From Basidiobolus meristosporus CBS 931.73 (Eukaryota > Fungi > Basidiobolomycota): 64,000 nucleotides of DNA. Made by a program: the position numbers and the translations under genes. Below are positions 37,539-51,150 of the stretch, in pieces (the stretch's first letter is position 1; every line of letters begins with the position of its first letter). Below the pieces are notes generated by a model, which saw only the letters and a list, made by a program, of their open reading frames with translations, had not been told where the DNA came from and did no database searches. Where the stretch lies: assembly GCA_002104905.1 (NCBI GenBank), contig MCFE01000376.1, forward strand, positions 1-64,000, in the 5' to 3' direction.

Positions 37539-38510
37539 ATGAAGTGTGCATCACGGAAGACTGCCCTCCTATCCTCAATAGCCTCTGGGATTGTTCTCGT
37601 CGCCTCGGGGGTTTACTGGTGGTATACGAGCAGCATGTATGTCTCGGAAGAGGCGATTTCCCATGAGGAGCAAGAAATCGTCAGCTTCGTGCACGAGGTA
37701 GGTGGCAACCTAGTTCACCCGTCCCGATGGGCCAGTTGATTCATAGGACGTTCTGTCGGTTAGGTTCAACGCCAGAGAAATTCCCTCGCCAACCTCCTGA
37801 ACCCCGTCTCGAAGACCAAACCCGTCATGACCATCTCTTTGAAGAATGTAAGTGCAGGTCGATGTCACCTACAGCCTGGATTTTCACTAAGATTCCCGGA
37901 TTTATCTTAGATCGTCGTATGGAGCCCATCCCCGGATCCGAAGTCTCCCAATTACGCATTTCTAGAGGGGACAGTCCCGATGTTGCGCACACTGTCACGC
38001 CTGTATGACCTGTATCTTTTGATGCAGATGTCCAGCCCAGAAGAGCGACAACAGATCATCCACCTGTTCACATCAGCCGGGCTGTTCAGGGCCTCGAAGC
38101 CCGGGAGGGAGGATTGGATCGACCGAAGCCGTCTGGTGTTTTGCCAAAGCCCGGAAGGGAAGGAATACATAGCTCGGAACCTTTGCTCCTTTGTACATAT
38201 CGACGACGACCTAACAACCATCCGGAACTTGACCCCGTTCGTAAAAAGATTCATTTGGGTCAGGCGGACAAGCCGGGATCGTCAATACAACTCGTTTGAT
38301 ACGAAGCCCTATTCGCCTCTTCATGCCAAGAATGAGCCGAAGGCTCTCAACTCGGGCCTGATGCTCGGACACGTGTCAGCCAAGTCGGTCTGGTCGGAAG
38401 TCCTGGCCTCCAATCTGGACCATCTAGAGATATGTGATGATGTAGTCAAGAGTAGCATAAACCCTAACCGATCCCTCCAGAAAACCGCCCCTTTTTACCA
38501 TTCATTGTAA
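37539..38510 (+). CDS. PEX22: Peroxin 22, plant-type (Pex4 anchor)
   Basis: N-terminal TM GIVLVASGVYWWY; spliced MTISLKN|IVVWSPSPD..PNYAFLE; YDLYLL...AGLF...DRSRLVFCQSPEGKEYIARNL...HIDDD....NLTPFV resembles plant PEX22 (CDLYLM...AGVF...KDKVLFCSTENGR..FVRQL...HID). Confidence 0.72.
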
Positions 38511-38798
38511 CATTGTAAAGTTGTCCATAGATTGCCGAAGTACGTTTGGTCAGCGCCTCCCTCCAGAGTTCTTCGTGACGAAGAGGGTGCCGAAACAATC
38601 GCTTTTGTTCATTGATGATGAAATAAATGTACACAGTCACACTTCAGAAGACTAGGAAGCGAGGATCGCTTTTTTCATTTACGAATGTACTCGAGGTCAG
38701 ATGTTTGGTTGATGTTCATCGAACAAAATCAGAGAGTTTATGTTACATAGTGAGTGGGTCGTGCTCATAGAATATGTTTACAAAACAGATGAACCACA

Positions 38799-38843
38799 CA
38801 CGCACACTTACACTTACACACACACGCGCGCACGTATATATGT
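38799..38843. repeat. Alternating purine-pyrimidine microsatellite (CA/CG/TA) in the convergent 3' region
   Basis: cacacgcacacttacacttacacacacacgcgcgcacgtatatatgt. Confidence 0.7.
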
Positions 38844-38898
38844 AGAAAGAAGCAGACGAACTTGGTAAGAATTACAAGTACTATATATATCACCCAAG

Positions 38899-40257
38899 TT
38901 AAACCCGGGGTCGGATCTTCTCCTTCTGCACCTGATCCATGGAGGATAACTTAGAGCCCATGGCTTGCACCGAGTCCGAGAGTAGAAGTGGTGAGCATTG
39001 GCCCTGGCTGCCGACAGGCAGTCTACCTGATGAACCCGGGAAATGGACCATCGGTGAAGTTGGGTCCTTAAGAACCAACGGAGACAAAGAAAGGTCGTTG
39101 TTCTCTGGAAGAGTCCGGAGTGAAGGCAAGGAGGTATGACGCAAAGGGTCGTCAGATCCTTTGTTCGACGGGGTTTCTTCTGGAATCAATGGTGGCGGTA
39201 GTATTAATGGGTCCATGCTTGAAGGGTTCATTTGCAGGCTTTGTTGATAAGGGAGTGGTGAGATCCCAGGGCCCTGCAAGGGAGTGATTGGCGGCAGTTG
39301 AACCGACTGCGGTGAATGTGTAAATGAAGATAGTGGGGTGTGTGCTTGAGTGAAAACAGGACTCCAACTGGGAGGAAAGGCTATGGGAGAATGTGAGCTA
39401 GCAGAGTGTAATGGTTCTATGGTCGTCGTGATTTTGGACACCGGGGTTGCTGAGAATGGTGGGGAAAATAGGAAGGCATCTTTGGACAACGAAGGGATTG
39501 TCCTGTCGATGAATGTTGTGCTGGGTGTCTCCGGAGTAAGGGGTACCGGGTTGGAGTGATCCGATAGATCGCTAAGCCGCCTTTCATCCTTAGGACCTCG
39601 ACCATCATTGATTGCGGATGGTACTGACTCTGAAGTGATGCGCGATTGGCATGTGAGTGATGGGATGTTTAATGAGAAGGACTTTCTACGCTTGTACTCC
39701 TGGACGACATCCTCCTGACTAGGATACGTCCAGGGCTTTTTCTTGCAGAGCAAGGATGCCTCTCCATCCGCATTTAACTGAGGGGATTTTTTGGGGCCGC
39801 CGTGCCAGGATAGCTGAGGGCGCTTGACTACGCGACAGTCAGAGATTTTGAGGATTGTGAAGCCAGGGCCTTTATCTTCGTTTTCGTCCTCTTGTTCAGA
39901 GTCGACAGGAACGATCAGCGGCTCCGCCTTCTTCTTCTTCAGGGTTTGGCGCTTGTTCTGGAACCATATCTGTATGGCCCTGGTACTCATCCCAAGCTCT
40001 TTGGCAAGCGACTCGCGCGTGGCAATGTCTGGGCGTTGGTTGATTTTGAAGGAAGACTCAAGAATGGCTTGTTCTTGCTTGTTCGTGCGTCTCCTTGTCT
40101 TCCGGGAAACGGAGCTGAGATCGACACTGGCGAATTCGTCGTAATTTGTATTTACCCAGTTAAGGCGCTCTGGGTTGGTTTCTTCTATGTCAACACCATC
40201 GTTCTCTACTGCCACTTCTGACTCTATGGGTAATGCATGGTTGCTCGGTTGACTCAT
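38899..40257 (-). CDS. Homeobox transcription factor (Yox1/Yhp1-like), single exon
   Basis: RKTRRRTNKQEQAILESSFKINQRPDIATRESLAKELGMSTRAIQIWFQNKRQ; Pro/Ser-rich C-terminus. Confidence 0.93.
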   Translation of the reverse strand: MSQPSNHALPIESEVAVENDGVDIEETNPERLNWVNTNYDEFASVDLSSVSRKTRRRTNKQEQAILESSFKINQRPDIATRESLAKELGMSTRAIQIWFQNKRQTLKKKKAEPLIVPVDSEQEDENEDKGPGFTILKISDCRVVKRPQLSWHGGPKKSPQLNADGEASLLCKKKPWTYPSQEDVVQEYKRRKSFSLNIPSLTCQSRITSESVPSAINDGRGPKDERRLSDLSDHSNPVPLTPETPSTTFIDRTIPSLSKDAFLFSPPFSATPVSKITTTIEPLHSASSHSPIAFPPSWSPVFTQAHTPLSSFTHSPQSVQLPPITPLQGPGISPLPYQQSLQMNPSSMDPLILPPPLIPEETPSNKGSDDPLRHTSLPSLRTLPENNDLSLSPLVLKDPTSPMVHFPGSSGRLPVGSQGQCSPLLLSDSVQAMGSKLSSMDQVQKEKIRPRV

Positions 40258-41799
40258 GGAGAGTGTTTGGAATTAGGAACTTGCAACAGGGTAAAGACCG
40301 GGGAGTGCTATCGGTACAACAATTCGAAAACCCAGGCTAGAAGAAATGAGCTGAAAATTGGAGTGCGGGCACCATCGACCGATATATATACCAAGCAACA
40401 TGTATCTAATTGGTGATGGAGAAAAGAATCACCCTTTATTACTAATTTATATTGGATCAACTCTAATCGAGGATAAGGTTCCCTAACTTCAAATCCAATA
40501 ACCAAGCAATATAAGCCATGAGTCGATGGAAGGCACTGGATTTACTTCATTTGGCATGTAGCCACAACCATAGTGTATGCTTGGATGTTTATATCTACCC
40601 GATCAAGTGTTAAGGCCTCATCGCCATTGCGTGATTCCTTCAAAGTTCACCACGCACCTTCCATAATCGCATCAATTTACTCGTTTTATCAAGAACCCTA
40701 CTTCCATGCTGCATGCACGGGTGGATTCATTGGACACGAGCTCAGTATCTTGGAAACAGAATCGATCAATCCCCATTAACTCAACTTGGCACTATTACAA
40801 CGTGATTGAACAATTCGCTGCTATGGCGCTAGGTTGGAGTGAACGATGTGCTACAGCAAAAAGGCTGCATTGTGGAATCTACGTTGTTTTCAATGGCTGT
40901 GGAGATGCCTACCAAGTAGCTATGTTCCCTGGGGGTATCACTCGATCCAGATAGGGGCGGCCTAGGGTTAGGACAGCTACATGGATTCGGTCATCATTGA
41001 AAAATACATGCAGGGGCAGGCCCAGGGTGAGGAAATGTAGACTGTTCGACATGACCAGATTCTCGGACCATACACATCAAATGGAGGTAACATGTGTGAA
41101 AACGATAGGTGCAGAGGCGACATGTATGTGACACACACATAACCCGCCCAAATTGCTCAAGTGGCCATTCACAGGAGTGTAAATTGTCACGAATGGTTAT
41201 GTTTCGAATATTTATGGAATCTCGAATTCCCATCACCGATAATCCTAACCGAATCTGCTCTAGTGAAGAGGCCAGTCGGGTAGTACCAACCGTCTGAGCC
41301 TGGTGAGCTTAAATGAAAAAAGTCAGTAATATTGCCAGTTTGGATAAATCTCTTCTCGATTCCGCCCTGTGCCCGATACGACGATTAGTTATTCAACCAT
41401 TGAGCTCGCTTGATTAAATTTAACCCACCTGCGATCAATGTTGGCAATCATGTAGATGCCAACACGAGGCTATGTGAGGATGGGAAAGTTACACTGCACT
41501 ATTCTAAACGGCTGATATTGGTTGCCGTCCATTGTTGCCTTTTACTGGACATTAATGTGGAAGCTGTGGCTGAACAAGGGAAACATGACATTCCATTATT
41601 GATCGAAGAGGAATGAGTATCCGGAGAAAACATGTTTCTATGAAACTGTGGATCCTTCCGTATTGTATATAAAGATGACCTCGGGCCACGTTGGTTCAGA
41701 TTCTGTAAAGTCCTTTGATATCCTCACCCACAAATTCGCTTTCGACATTCGAGCAGGTTTTGTTACACGCGTGATTTTGTAGTAACGGAGTTGACCCAA

Positions 41800-42354
41800 A
41801 TGATCATTCGATTGGAGGGTTACTGGCCGTCGTTGTTTATCGTAACTTTACTCAGCCCATGTTACGTCGTAGCCGCCTACGTATTTCCATCGGAAAAGCG
41901 CTTCGATACCACCGGAGATGCGACCATGGCCTTCCTTGAAGATTGGGGCCAACCTAAGGCCCGCATCGCCATCTCTAGTTTTCAACTTGGCTGCAGTATT
42001 GTCATACCAGTTATTGCGCTGTTGACCTGTGGCTATCTTGCGTGGAAAAAGTGGAAACAGGGTCACGAAACCAAACGAAGAATCAAACTAGCCATCAAGT
42101 ATTACTTCTCTAATGGAGGAAGCGGGCACGGGACTGTTGAAGAACCCCCTGTATATTCAAGACGTAGCTCTCAACCAGTACTACCGGCCCCAATAGTGAA
42201 AAAAATCGACGACGCCATCTACAATGAGATAACAAGTACTGAACGGCCACCTAAGGCCCGAATCCTTGATAGAAATGACCCACCAATGTATACACCACCC
42301 CCAACATCACCCTCTTCGACGGCCACGTTGCCCTACAGGGGCAGCTCAATATAA
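41800..42354 (+). CDS. Small single-pass membrane protein with cytosolic PY motifs
   Basis: Signal-like N-terminus, TM LGCSIVIPVIALLTCGYLAW, basic stop-transfer KKWK, then PPVY, PPMY and LPY motifs. Alternative start at 41926. Confidence 0.7.
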   Translation: MIIRLEGYWPSLFIVTLLSPCYVVAAYVFPSEKRFDTTGDATMAFLEDWGQPKARIAISSFQLGCSIVIPVIALLTCGYLAWKKWKQGHETKRRIKLAIKYYFSNGGSGHGTVEEPPVYSRRSSQPVLPAPIVKKIDDAIYNEITSTERPPKARILDRNDPPMYTPPPTSPSSTATLPYRGSSI

Positions 42355-42420
42355 GGATAGCATTGTAATTTACTTTATTGTACGAACCAAATAAACAACC
42401 ATGTACATTAAAAATCTCCT

Positions 42421-43339
42421 CTACAAAGTAAATCCATCTGATTCACTGTTAATCAACCCTTCCAAAATCATCCTGATTTCATCGATATTACCAAAAGTGC
42501 TTGGCTTGATGGGACAGGCAACCTTCACGGTGTTGCTGATGGTTGGTTTGAAGCCGGTCCAACTGATCAACGTTATATCAAGCTTGGCCTTATACTCCAG
42601 TGGGATCTTTTCCTCTGAGGCTGATTTGGTGAAGCCACAATCCTGCAACAGTCCCACTAGGGCCTCGCGAGATTCAGAACTGGCTGCGCCAAACGATAAA
42701 TGGAAGGGAAGGGTGAAATTGGTGGGTCCCCGAGCTCTGAACGAAACTGAATGGGCCAATGCACCCTGGCCCACTTGAATAGCTACGCCATTCGGAGTCT
42801 TATAGTCACCCTAAATTCAACAATCGGTTAGGTATTTGCTGACGGGAGTTTTGCAATAAGCCTATACTTACAACTACAGTGATGTTCTTCATTTTAATGC
42901 TAATGTAGTTGGGATTGGTCACTTGAAAATGCAAATCGGTATCTATATCGATCTTGAGATCATTAAGGCTTGTAGGATTCTCAAGCCACTCGGTCAATTG
43001 CTTCTCGGTTTTCGCTATCGTTGGGAAAGTAGGATCTAGGAATTCAACCTTTGGCATGCCACGAGGCCAGCAAAAGAATGCAGCTATTCCAATAGCAATT
43101 AATATCAGGACAGTGATCATGCCGCAGACTATTTTGGATGTCCGGCTACGACAACAGCAACAGCAGCACCGTTTTCTTGTCTTTCCAGAAGGCGGGGTTA
43201 ATGTGTAGGGTTGCTGTGGGGCGTAGTAGTCGTCATTGTGGTTACTGGACGGGTCAATATGGTAGCTTTGATATTGTTGTTCGTAGTCTCCCTCTGATAG
43301 AGTTTGAAACCCTTTTCTATTAGGCTCGAAATGGCTCAT
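42421..43339 (-). CDS. Type II membrane protein with LEA_2/TMEM106-like beta-sandwich ectodomain
   Basis: Cytosolic N-terminus, RKRCCCCCCR, TM VCGMITVLILIAIGIAAFFCWPR, then FQVTNPNYISIKM motif and SFRARGPTNFTLPF; one intron ~42801-42861. Confidence 0.8.
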
Positions 43340-44218
43340 TCTGGTGAAATGAAGGTAATATACAGGTTGTATGGAGGATGTGGTCGAGGGCTATCGGGTT
43401 ATCTAGCTATTTAAAACGACTACGGACGGCTTTGTCAAAAAATTACAAAAGTATGAACACTGAGCCTGTTGTTGCGGAGCTGAGTGCCTTTTAACCTAGC
43501 AGTATTCAAATTGATCTCCGACAACCCCTCGAGATCATTGGCCTTCCTAACTTGGTTAGAGTATTTATGGTAAACTAATGGTTGTTGATTTATATAGTCA
43601 TCTATTCTTTCTATAGAACTGGCCCGACTCTTCCATTGAACAAATACATCTTATCGTAATCTCGGAATGGTCACCATGTTCTGAGCATTCAGTATTCAGC
43701 ATACCAAATGTCTTCATGTTATTTATGACCGCGAATGAACGCCAACTTCTATTCAACAAGACACTCCTATTCCTATATAAGGGATACATAGTCGCTTTTG
43801 ATTGGTTTCGATCGTCTCCATAAGTACCGCACCGACTCCTACTACCTCTGACCTTTCTGGTGCGTTTCGTTTAAGCCTCATTGACTTTCCAACTAGAAGG
43901 TCTATTGTTAGCACACTCCTTAATGATTAGATGAGGGATAAGCCTCAACCATCAATCCTAGCATATTTAGTGTAAACATTCAATCGCTGGTACTTTCTGA
44001 CTTGAGACAGATCTTGGCAAAAATAGCTGTTACAACTCTTATCGATCCATCATGTCGTAAAAAGTCTCGCAACAGGGATTTTGCCAAAAGGCACTTACCC
44101 TGATCGTGAAAAATAGATCGTGCGTGCCGAAAAGGTTTCTTTATATCATTGGGTTCCTTTTATGTGGGAGGAAAACATCCGCACAATCAATGGTCCGAGA
44201 TTACCATATGCATTCTTT

Positions 44219-44872
44219 CTACTGTTTATTCTGAGTTTTTTCAAAGTACTCGCGCCAGCTTCCTGGATAATTACGGACACTGGTGGGGCACCCGATGGAA
44301 ATGTTAGTAGATATCCCACAACTTGACCGTACCAAGTCCAACACGGAATCCACTACTTACTTGACATAGCCGGATTGCTCCATTATTTGCTTTGCCATGG
44401 CACTTCTCATGCCAGCGTGGCAATAAACAACCAAGTTGTTGTCTTTGGAAAACTTTGGAAACCCGTAGGCAGCCACGAAGTCACTATCGTCCAGCTGTAA
44501 AGCCTTTGGGATCTCCTTCAAAGGTAGGTTGATGGAGGTGGGGATTTTTCCGGACTGCACCTCGCTCCTTTCCCTGACATCGACCAGAACAACGCCCTAC
44601 GGTGAGAAGCGGTAGTTGAGAAACCGTTCTTGAGAGAGCCTATTCGAAACTGAGGAAAACACTACCTTGGCCTTCTTATCTTTTACCAAGCTTGTAAGCT
44701 CCTCATATGTCACGTCCCCAGAATCAGCCCAAGTAGAGTAATTTGAGACAAACGCTGCAGAAGGAAGTGGTTTGACACGAGAGACGGAGGACAAAGTGAA
44801 GCTGGCTGAGACCCTAGGGAGAGCGGTGCCAGACAACCTAACTTTGTTGAGTATCTTATTTCCGACTTGCAT
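44219..44872 (-). CDS. Single-domain mitochondrial rhodanese / thiosulfate sulfurtransferase (Rdl2-like)
   Basis: Presequence; LVDVRE..EVQSGKIPTSINLPL; FxxxYGFPK; active-site loop YCHAGMRS; last exon VRNYPGSWREY. Confidence 0.9.
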
Positions 44873-45848
44873 AACGTATTCAGTAGTTAGAGAGGTGTCT
44901 CAATGCTGCTGGGGGGGGGACTAAAATAATTGTGGTATGGCGACTAGTCAAACTTTTCCATGCATATATTTGAATGGCCATTAGTTTATTGAACATTTGT
45001 GACGAAGTATATCGACGATTCAGACTAAGTCATTCTTGATCCATGAAGTCACTTTGAAGAAGCTTCAAGTAGTCAATGCGATCCATCATCTCCACCTTTG
45101 AAACCGATTACTTGACCACGTAACTTCAATCGGCTATCTAATCATTGTCTCCCAATCAATCAACCTGATATCGATCAGGATTACGATAGCTGTACATTCC
45201 AGGACCTCCCATCTCCTCAGTCAACCTCTAGGCGAAGCCAATCCAGAACACTATGATCTGGAAAAATTAAGTTTGGCTAGTCTGCATGCGAGACGTAAGG
45301 TAACCGGATGCGATCAAAAATTATTGTCACGAAGGTTCATGAGGATTATTGCTATTTCAGTAGAATTCGTCTTACACCCGTTCTTCAGGGATTGATCGCT
45401 TTTATTCTTGACAACGATTAATCGAATGTGATGCGGAGTACGGCCGCTGTATAGAGCTGTAGCACACCTACGTCATGATTATGGCTGGGCAGAGGTTACC
45501 ACTACGTCAGTTTCCAACGGGTTGGCAAATCAGTGATGAGAATGAACATTACTTGTTCTACGTAACACTCTAGGATAAGTAGGCTTAGGTCACCCAAAGC
45601 GTGTATACATGCATATCTTGGACCGGTTTTAGAGTAAAACAATTGTGAATGATTCGACTATGATGTCATTTGACTAAGATACAATGTTACAGTGTGGATG
45701 ATAGTCACACCACTGCCCTTCAAGCTCCAAGGCATCCTCGTTCGTATCTTGGCTCGTCATACATGTTACTTCATATGGACGTTGTTAATATAAATGGATT
45801 TGTGATGGGTAAGGTCGCGGTTGTTATTTCAGCATTATTTTGTGGCGG

Positions 45849-45897
45849 TGAGGAGGAGGAGGAGGAGGAAGAGGAGAAGGAGAAGGGAGGAAGATGT
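45849..45897. repeat. GAG/GAA purine-rich microsatellite downstream of the phosphatase gene
   Basis: gaggaggaggaggaggaggaagaggagaaggagaagggaggaag. Confidence 0.8.
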
Positions 45898-46136
45898 CGA
45901 TGATGGCTATGGCGGGCGTGAAAGATAAATACTTGGAATTGGGAAAATTACAACCATAATAGTAATCAGACTGTATGCAGAATGAATGGGGCATTTAAAA
46001 TGCAAAAGAAGATTGGAATAAAGCATCATAAACAAGACAACCAATGCATTATATAGAATAGAGGAGGTGATAATTCAACATAATAAAGCATAAACGAAAT
46101 AAGGCACAGGTGTTCCACGGAGGTACCCTCTTGCCA

Positions 46137-48416
46137 CTAAAAGTACGAATCGCGTCTACTATCATCAAGTGACAATGCTGAAGTGGTTCCAAGCGGAGTG
46201 AAGTAGGGTGTGGGTGTAGGGGACATTGCGGGCAGCTTGAGCTCGAATTTGGGATTTGAGCCAGTGGTGCTTGTCTTCAGGATCGGTCCAGGCGTTTTGA
46301 CGCTGGTACTAGCCTGCACGAACAGGCCAAAGTTGCCCTTAGGATGGTCGAAATCGATCTCCGTTACCGCTTCGCAGCATTCCGGAACTCCCAATAATCT
46401 CCACAGCACAGCCTCGTAGCAGAAAACGAATTGTCGGAGCGTTTGCACCATTGAAAGCCGTTGATCACGAAGTTGGTCGACTACTTGAACAACAAAGTCT
46501 TCGCTTAAGGCGAACAGTTCTCGATTCATCTCATACGTTGCAACAATGGTATCAATGGTGCAGAAAGCGCCTGTTCGACCGCATCCTGCGCTGCAATGAA
46601 CCAACATTGGCCCATGATTGTGCTGGGTCTGCAACTTGTCCGCCAGATCCCGAAGGCGCAAGACACTAGCGGGGCTATCAGGGATTCCAAAGTCTGGCCA
46701 GCCAACAAAGTGTAATTGAAATATCTCGCGGGTTTCTCCGGTGCCACCGTGGGTGAGCAAAAATCGACGGGCCATGATGGTGGGCTCAGCGTCTACAGGC
46801 ATGGTTTCTCCAGAGAGCTTAATATGGAATGTATCATCCACTGTTATGGACTGGTCGGGAAAGCTCGGCCAATAGCGATGGCACTTGATCTGTTGCGCGA
46901 TTAGCTCATATTAGCAAGTGCCTTGAAGCGTTCCAAGTCGTGGTACTTACCCTTCCAGCTTCCTCCTCTTTGGTCAACATGACAATTACTCTAGTGTTTT
47001 GCTCCCAAACCATCCTCCAAAACTCCCCGAACGTGGATGGAAGAGGTGCCTGGGTGGCTATATAACGGTATTTCGATTGCTTCGCCCCAACAAAGCTAGC
47101 ATTGATGTAATCCGATTCATTCATTCTAACGTTATGTAACTTCACCCGTGAATGCTCATAAGGCCAGATGTTATTGTATCTATTTTTCGACCCTTTCTCG
47201 ATCCCAGCAGCAATGCAATAAGGGTTTGGCTGGCTTGGGTGACGGACCTGAGTCACCATGAGGGATTGCAGCCTCTTTTGCTCAATCCTGTCCATTTTCT
47301 AGTGGTAGCGAATGTGAATACTCATCCAACGAAAACCACTCAACCGCCGGGCCCTTACCTGAAACTGCTTGGATATTGTGTGCTTGCCATCCGGTGAATA
47401 TGCGATATCGATGAGAAAGTGCGGCAATCTGGAAATTGGCTTTTTGGCAACGGTTGGTGTGCGGATGGCCACGATTTCGCCAAGCTCACAAGTGATCTCA
47501 TGATGTGGGCGAATGCTATTGAAGAACGGGCTAGCCATACTTTCTATCATAGGCGTGGGACATGTAAGTGGCGCAGATAGAAAGTTCGAAGGCGAGGGCA
47601 GTGCTTTGATCCTGGGTGCAGGTGATTTGGAGCCTTCTGAGCTCTCGCATAGAGAGGGGTGATTTGTTTGAAAGGCATCAAACCCGTCTAAGTTGGGGTA
47701 GGTGAAGGATTAGGCTCGAAGATGCTTTGAATTTAGTAGTAGGAATGGGAAAACTCACCTTTCATCCAACCAATGTTGACCGAACTATTGGCATTTTGGA
47801 ACTTTTTTATCAGGTAGTAGATGGGTGAGGTATCCAACACCACATCCGATTCCGTGCCATAGATCACGATGTACGAGAAGGTAGACCAACGGCGCCATAC
47901 TTCGCGGTCCTTTTCGGCTAAGGAGCTGCTGATCTTCTCAAGGTTGAACGAGTCTCGCTTCAGCAGGGTGTTTGGTATACATACGTTAACAGATCCTCTG
48001 ATACGCCCGCGGCTGTACTGCGCGAAGGAACGAACGTCTAGCAGCAACATCGAATCTTTATTCGGTCCATCTTTCAAATTGGAAGATATTACGTCGACAA
48101 TAAAGTCAATGGAAAAAGACTTTAAGGAGGGGCTATTTACAGAAGATTGTCCAGAGTTGGTAGGCTTTCGAGTAGTTGGTGGCGGCTTCAGGTTGCTCTC
48201 CTGAAAAGGCAGCTTGAACGAAAAACTGCCTGGCGAATAGGCAGCACCGTTGTTGTTGAAGGGGCCCATAGCGGAGCCATTGGGTGAGTTGGGTTGTGAG
48301 CCGTTGGGACCGCTAGTATTGTTTCTTTGCGCGGAAGCTTGCGTGTTGGGTTCAATGGGTAGTGAAAAGTACCCGTTTGGCTCCGGAAGAGATTTGAGTG
48401 AAAATTTCGAACTCAT
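46137..48416 (-). CDS. Protein tyrosine phosphatase with N-terminal non-catalytic rhodanese domain (Ptp2/Ptp3/Pyp1-like MAPK phosphatase)
   Basis: LLDVRSFAQY...GSVNVCIPNTLLKR; KNRYNNIWPYEHSRV; DYINAS; YIATQAPL; WPD loop; signature VHCSAGCGRTG; QRLSMVQTLRQF. Confidence 0.95.
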
Positions 48417-49121
48417 TTCGAAGGATCTTTGCTTTAGTGCTGCGTTTCTCGTCGAAACGGAAAAGGGGGTTTTGCCTTAGAGGTATTATATAAGAAGGAC
48501 CTAAGGAAAACCTGGTCGAAGTATGAAATCTAAGAAATGCAAGTAAGAGAATATCTTCGAGCGACTATATACGGGAAAACAGAATAGTGAGGTAAACTAA
48601 AAACTGGACTCTGGTAGGGAACGAGACGCTTTACAACTATATATCACAAGCGAAACGAAAAGACACAGAATAAGAGTCAAACGGTTTGATTAAAAGGAAA
48701 TGGCCGTGGGGTAGCCAGGATAAGATTGGACCAAATATAAGTGTCATCTACGAAAATTCACATATTATTCCAACCTATGTGAATTAGTAATTGATGGTTG
48801 GAAAAACCAATCTGAAAATAACTGCACCAAGATATCTAAAAAAAATTCTTCAATGTAGGGGAGATGCATCCATCCCTCTTTTGAAATATCATGTTTCGCT
48901 CTGACACCTTGTCTCACCAGTTTTATTCTGTGTGTGAGTATTCTAGAACTCGTGCATCCTCCATCGATCGATCCCTACTGATTATTTTTCGATTAATCCG
49001 CTTGCCACTCCCCTGATCATTCGCTTAACGATCAGAGTAAAAAAAATCTACGGCAAACCCCGACATCTCGCTAGTTGTTCATCAGCAATATTACCAATAT
49101 TTTTATCAAGTGTCTAATTAG

Positions 49122-50957
<1,836 letters not shown>

Positions 50958-51150
50958 CCAACGGCCTTTTGGCCGTTTCCTTCTTTTCAATACCAACATC
51001 ATGCTTTATTGTCAGCAAGGACAGAAAGCACAATCTTCGATGTAATAAATCGGCGGTTTCTTGTATAATAAAAAACTGTATAAAGTCGTTCACTTGGGTG
51101 GAGTTCGTACCTTCAATGACTATAGTTTATTGGAATTTATTTGAGAATGG

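Noticed and set aside
44219-48416. Stand-alone rhodanese next to a rhodanese-domain phosphatase as a duplication or functional pair
   Set aside because: The phosphatase domain lacks the catalytic Cys loop and shares no close sequence with the sulfurtransferase. Both are ordinary fungal genes.
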